64,000 bases of DNA from Chamaesiphon sp. (lineage in GTDB: Bacteria > Cyanobacteriota > Cyanobacteriia > Cyanobacteriales > Chamaesiphonaceae), in the NCBI GenBank assembly GCA_965246715.1, contig CBDFFH010000055.1, positions 64,001 to 128,000 of the forward strand, written 5' to 3'. The translations under genes were made by a program, and so were the position numbers. Every line of letters starts with the position of its first letter. Position 1 is the stretch's first letter. The notes under the pieces are model-generated. The model did not search any database. It saw nothing but the letters and a program-made list of their open reading frames with translations, and was not told the DNA's origin. Positions 61,893-64,000 of this stretch are shown here, one piece after another.

Positions 61893-62744
61893 ATGGTCTA
61901 TCGCAGTTCACGAATTAAACTTTCTACCGGACAGATATTCTGGCGCGAAGCAGGCGACAGTAGTTGTCCAGTACTGGTATTTTTGCACGGTAGTTGGCAC
62001 GATCACAATCAATGGCAAGAGATTATGGCACCATTGAGCAAAAGTTTTCATTGCTTGGCGATCGATCTGCTCGGTTTTGGCAATTCGCATGCTACGCAAC
62101 CGCCAACTTCGATCTCCAATGAAGTGGAATGTTTGCATGAGTTTTTGAATGCGCTCAAATTATGCCATCCGGTTTATCTAATCGGACATTCGCTCGGTGC
62201 CTGGATTGCGATCGATTATGCATTAAAGTATCCAGCCAGAACTCAAGGTGTGGTCGCCATCTCACCAGAAGGATTTTTTCTAACTACCAGTCAACAATAT
62301 GGTTTCTTGACCAAATTTTTACTCGCTCATCCAGTGTTACTCAAACTCTGGTTGACGGGATTAAAAGTACTTACATCTGTTAGCGATGGGGCAGCTGCAC
62401 TGGAGCAAAAACAAGCTTATTGGGAATTTCTCAATAAATTCCCCACTACTTGTAAACTATTATTTCAGCGATCGACTAAAGCGATCGGTAGCGAATTAGT
62501 CGCCGATCGATTGGTGCGGTTTAAAGCGCCGATCTTAATTTTACAGCCAGATCTAGATAATGCCGTAGCAATAGCCCAGAGTCAAGCTTATGCTAAAGCG
62601 ATTCGGAATGCAGAATATCGATCGATCCAAACGGTAGCGCCGATCTCTCCCACACAATCGCTTCAGCAAACGATCGGAGAAATTCAAGTATTCGTCGAGC
62701 GTATTCAACTAAAGATCGATCGCGAAGAAGTTGAGGTTTGGTAA
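61893..62744 (+). CDS. Alpha/beta fold hydrolase
   Basis: VFLHG, DLLGFG, nucleophile elbow GHSLG. Confidence 0.85.
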   Translation: MVYRSSRIKLSTGQIFWREAGDSSCPVLVFLHGSWHDHNQWQEIMAPLSKSFHCLAIDLLGFGNSHATQPPTSISNEVECLHEFLNALKLCHPVYLIGHSLGAWIAIDYALKYPARTQGVVAISPEGFFLTTSQQYGFLTKFLLAHPVLLKLWLTGLKVLTSVSDGAAALEQKQAYWEFLNKFPTTCKLLFQRSTKAIGSELVADRLVRFKAPILILQPDLDNAVAIAQSQAYAKAIRNAEYRSIQTVAPISPTQSLQQTIGEIQVFVERIQLKIDREEVEVW

Positions 62745-62759
62745 GCACTAGGGGATGAT

Positions 62760-63581
62760 TCAATCTTGAGTTTGATTTACAATTGCTGAAAATCCGTGAA
62801 AGATTAATTGGCGATCGATAACCCAGTTTGCATCTAAATCTCCAGCTAAAATCGATTGTAAATATCCTGCTAAAATCTCGCCATCCCCACCAGTAAAGAT
62901 TACCTTACTATCTGGAAATAATTGCTGCCAATCGTTGATAAAATCTCTAATTCCCGAACTAATTACATGGAGAACTCCACTGGCGATCGCGCCTGTGGTA
63001 TCAGCGCTCCAGCGGGGTGGTAGCTGTGCTGGTAATATTACTTCTGGCAGTGCTGCCGTACCGACAAATAACGATCGAAATTGCAATTTTAATCCCGGCA
63101 TAATTGCGCCACCAGTAAGAGATCGATCGCGATTTATTCCGGTAATAGTTAATGCCGTACCGCCATCGATGACTAAGATCGGATAGCCATAATGCTGACC
63201 TGCACCCAATGCCGCTAACGCTCGATCGATGCCCAAAGTTGGATATAGATTTAGCAATGGAATATCTGCTAGCGTAATGTGTTTGACTTGTGGTAATTTT
63301 TGCCAAATTACGGTTTGGGTGGGGACGACAGAACAAAGATAAATTGGGAGGAGATCGATGGCGAGCTGTTGTTCCTTAATTATTTCTCTCAAATCAATCG
63401 GCAATAGCTCTAACAAAGGCTCGCCATTACCTACTGCTAAAAATCGCTCGATAACATCGGTATTTACATAATCTGTATCCCAACTAGCTTGGAGTTGGGT
63501 ATTTAAAAACCAAGCCCAATGATAGCGGGAATTCCCGATCGCTAATGCGATCCAGACTTTTTTAGCGATTCTATCTAGCAT
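62760..63581 (-). CDS. coaX: Type III pantothenate kinase
   Basis: IGNSR.HW, LGIDRA, VIDGGTALT, GGAIMPG, FTGGDG. Confidence 0.9.
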   Translation of the reverse strand: MLDRIAKKVWIALAIGNSRYHWAWFLNTQLQASWDTDYVNTDVIERFLAVGNGEPLLELLPIDLREIIKEQQLAIDLLPIYLCSVVPTQTVIWQKLPQVKHITLADIPLLNLYPTLGIDRALAALGAGQHYGYPILVIDGGTALTITGINRDRSLTGGAIMPGLKLQFRSLFVGTAALPEVILPAQLPPRWSADTTGAIASGVLHVISSGIRDFINDWQQLFPDSKVIFTGGDGEILAGYLQSILAGDLDANWVIDRQLIFHGFSAIVNQTQD

Positions 63582-63644
63582 CTGTGTCGGGTGGGCACTG
63601 CCCACAGTCTAGGTTGTAGCTCTACAATCGGCTGGAAAATATTG

Positions 63645-64000
63645 CTAGGTTCTCGATTGAAGTAATAGTAAAGGCAGTGACTCGAGCGATCGCACAAAGG
63701 GTGCTGTATCGTCTAAACCGCGCGCGAGTATCAATGCGCCTTGAATGCGTAAAATCGCATCTTCAGCCCGATAACGGGCGAGCTGGGCATCGCACCCTGA
63801 ATCTTCGATCGCTAGGGCAACTGCTTCGATCCATCGCAATAATGCCGATTTAATCCGATCGTGAAACAGATCGTTGCTCGATTGTCCGATCGCTAATACC
63901 GCCCACAAGCAGGAGTTTTGTCCTTCATTAAAGAAGCGACTTACCTCATTGCACATAGTCTGAATTTTGTCAACTGGTTTGGCCATGCCGTGTAGATTTG
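63645..64000 (-). CDS. TetR-family regulator, C-terminal part (truncated by window end)
   Basis: CLWAVL, W..A, RAEDAILRIQGALILAR pattern resembles LmrA/YxaF-type TetR C-domains; frame is open to the window edge. Confidence 0.65.
   Translation of the reverse strand, partial: NLHGMAKPVDKIQTMCNEVSRFFNEGQNSCLWAVLAIGQSSNDLFHDRIKSALLRWIEAVALAIEDSGCDAQLARYRAEDAILRIQGALILARGLDDTAPFVRSLESLPLLLLQSRT

Noticed and set aside
1..64000. Very frequent GCGATCGC/CGATCG
   Set aside because: This is HIP1, a known genome-wide cyanobacterial feature; useful for taxonomy, not a local element.
1..64000. CRISPR array, rRNA, integrase or transposase
   Set aside because: No regularly spaced 25-40-bp repeats or matching ORFs were seen in the intergenic regions inspected by eye.

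Overview
Cyanobacterial chromosomal segment. HIP1 (GCGATCGC) and its CGATCG core are very dense, and heptamer STRR-type repeats are present; a Chamaesiphon-like organism is inferred. Most of the window is housekeeping: secA, ppc, pilMNOQ, HU, cobD, ssb, mreBCD, tRNA-Val(TAC), fni, sppA, trpG/pabA, dgkA, ybeY, priA, rlmN, cobT, argH, coaX. Accessory material is interspersed. Main points: (1) a variable region at ~39.7-47.0 kb with REP-like repeats, a deleted purU remnant, a lone restriction-endonuclease-like gene, and an NADH-type nirB/nirD pair behind a canonical NtcA promoter with a small gene inserted between them; (2) a four-gene RcaC/RcaF/PatA-like phosphorelay whose kinase has a cyanobacteriochrome-type GAF lacking the canonical Cys; (3) a membrane Ser/Thr kinase whose external domain and 3' flank are a ~77%-identical duplicate of the adjacent lipoprotein; (4) an orphan dndE beside tRNA-Val; (5) a frameshifted HEAT-repeat gene, a two-copy TA-bounded MITE family, and a 57-aa basic protein missed by the ORF track. 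No CRISPR array, rRNA, integrase or transposase was seen. All protein calls come from motif recognition by eye, not database searches.
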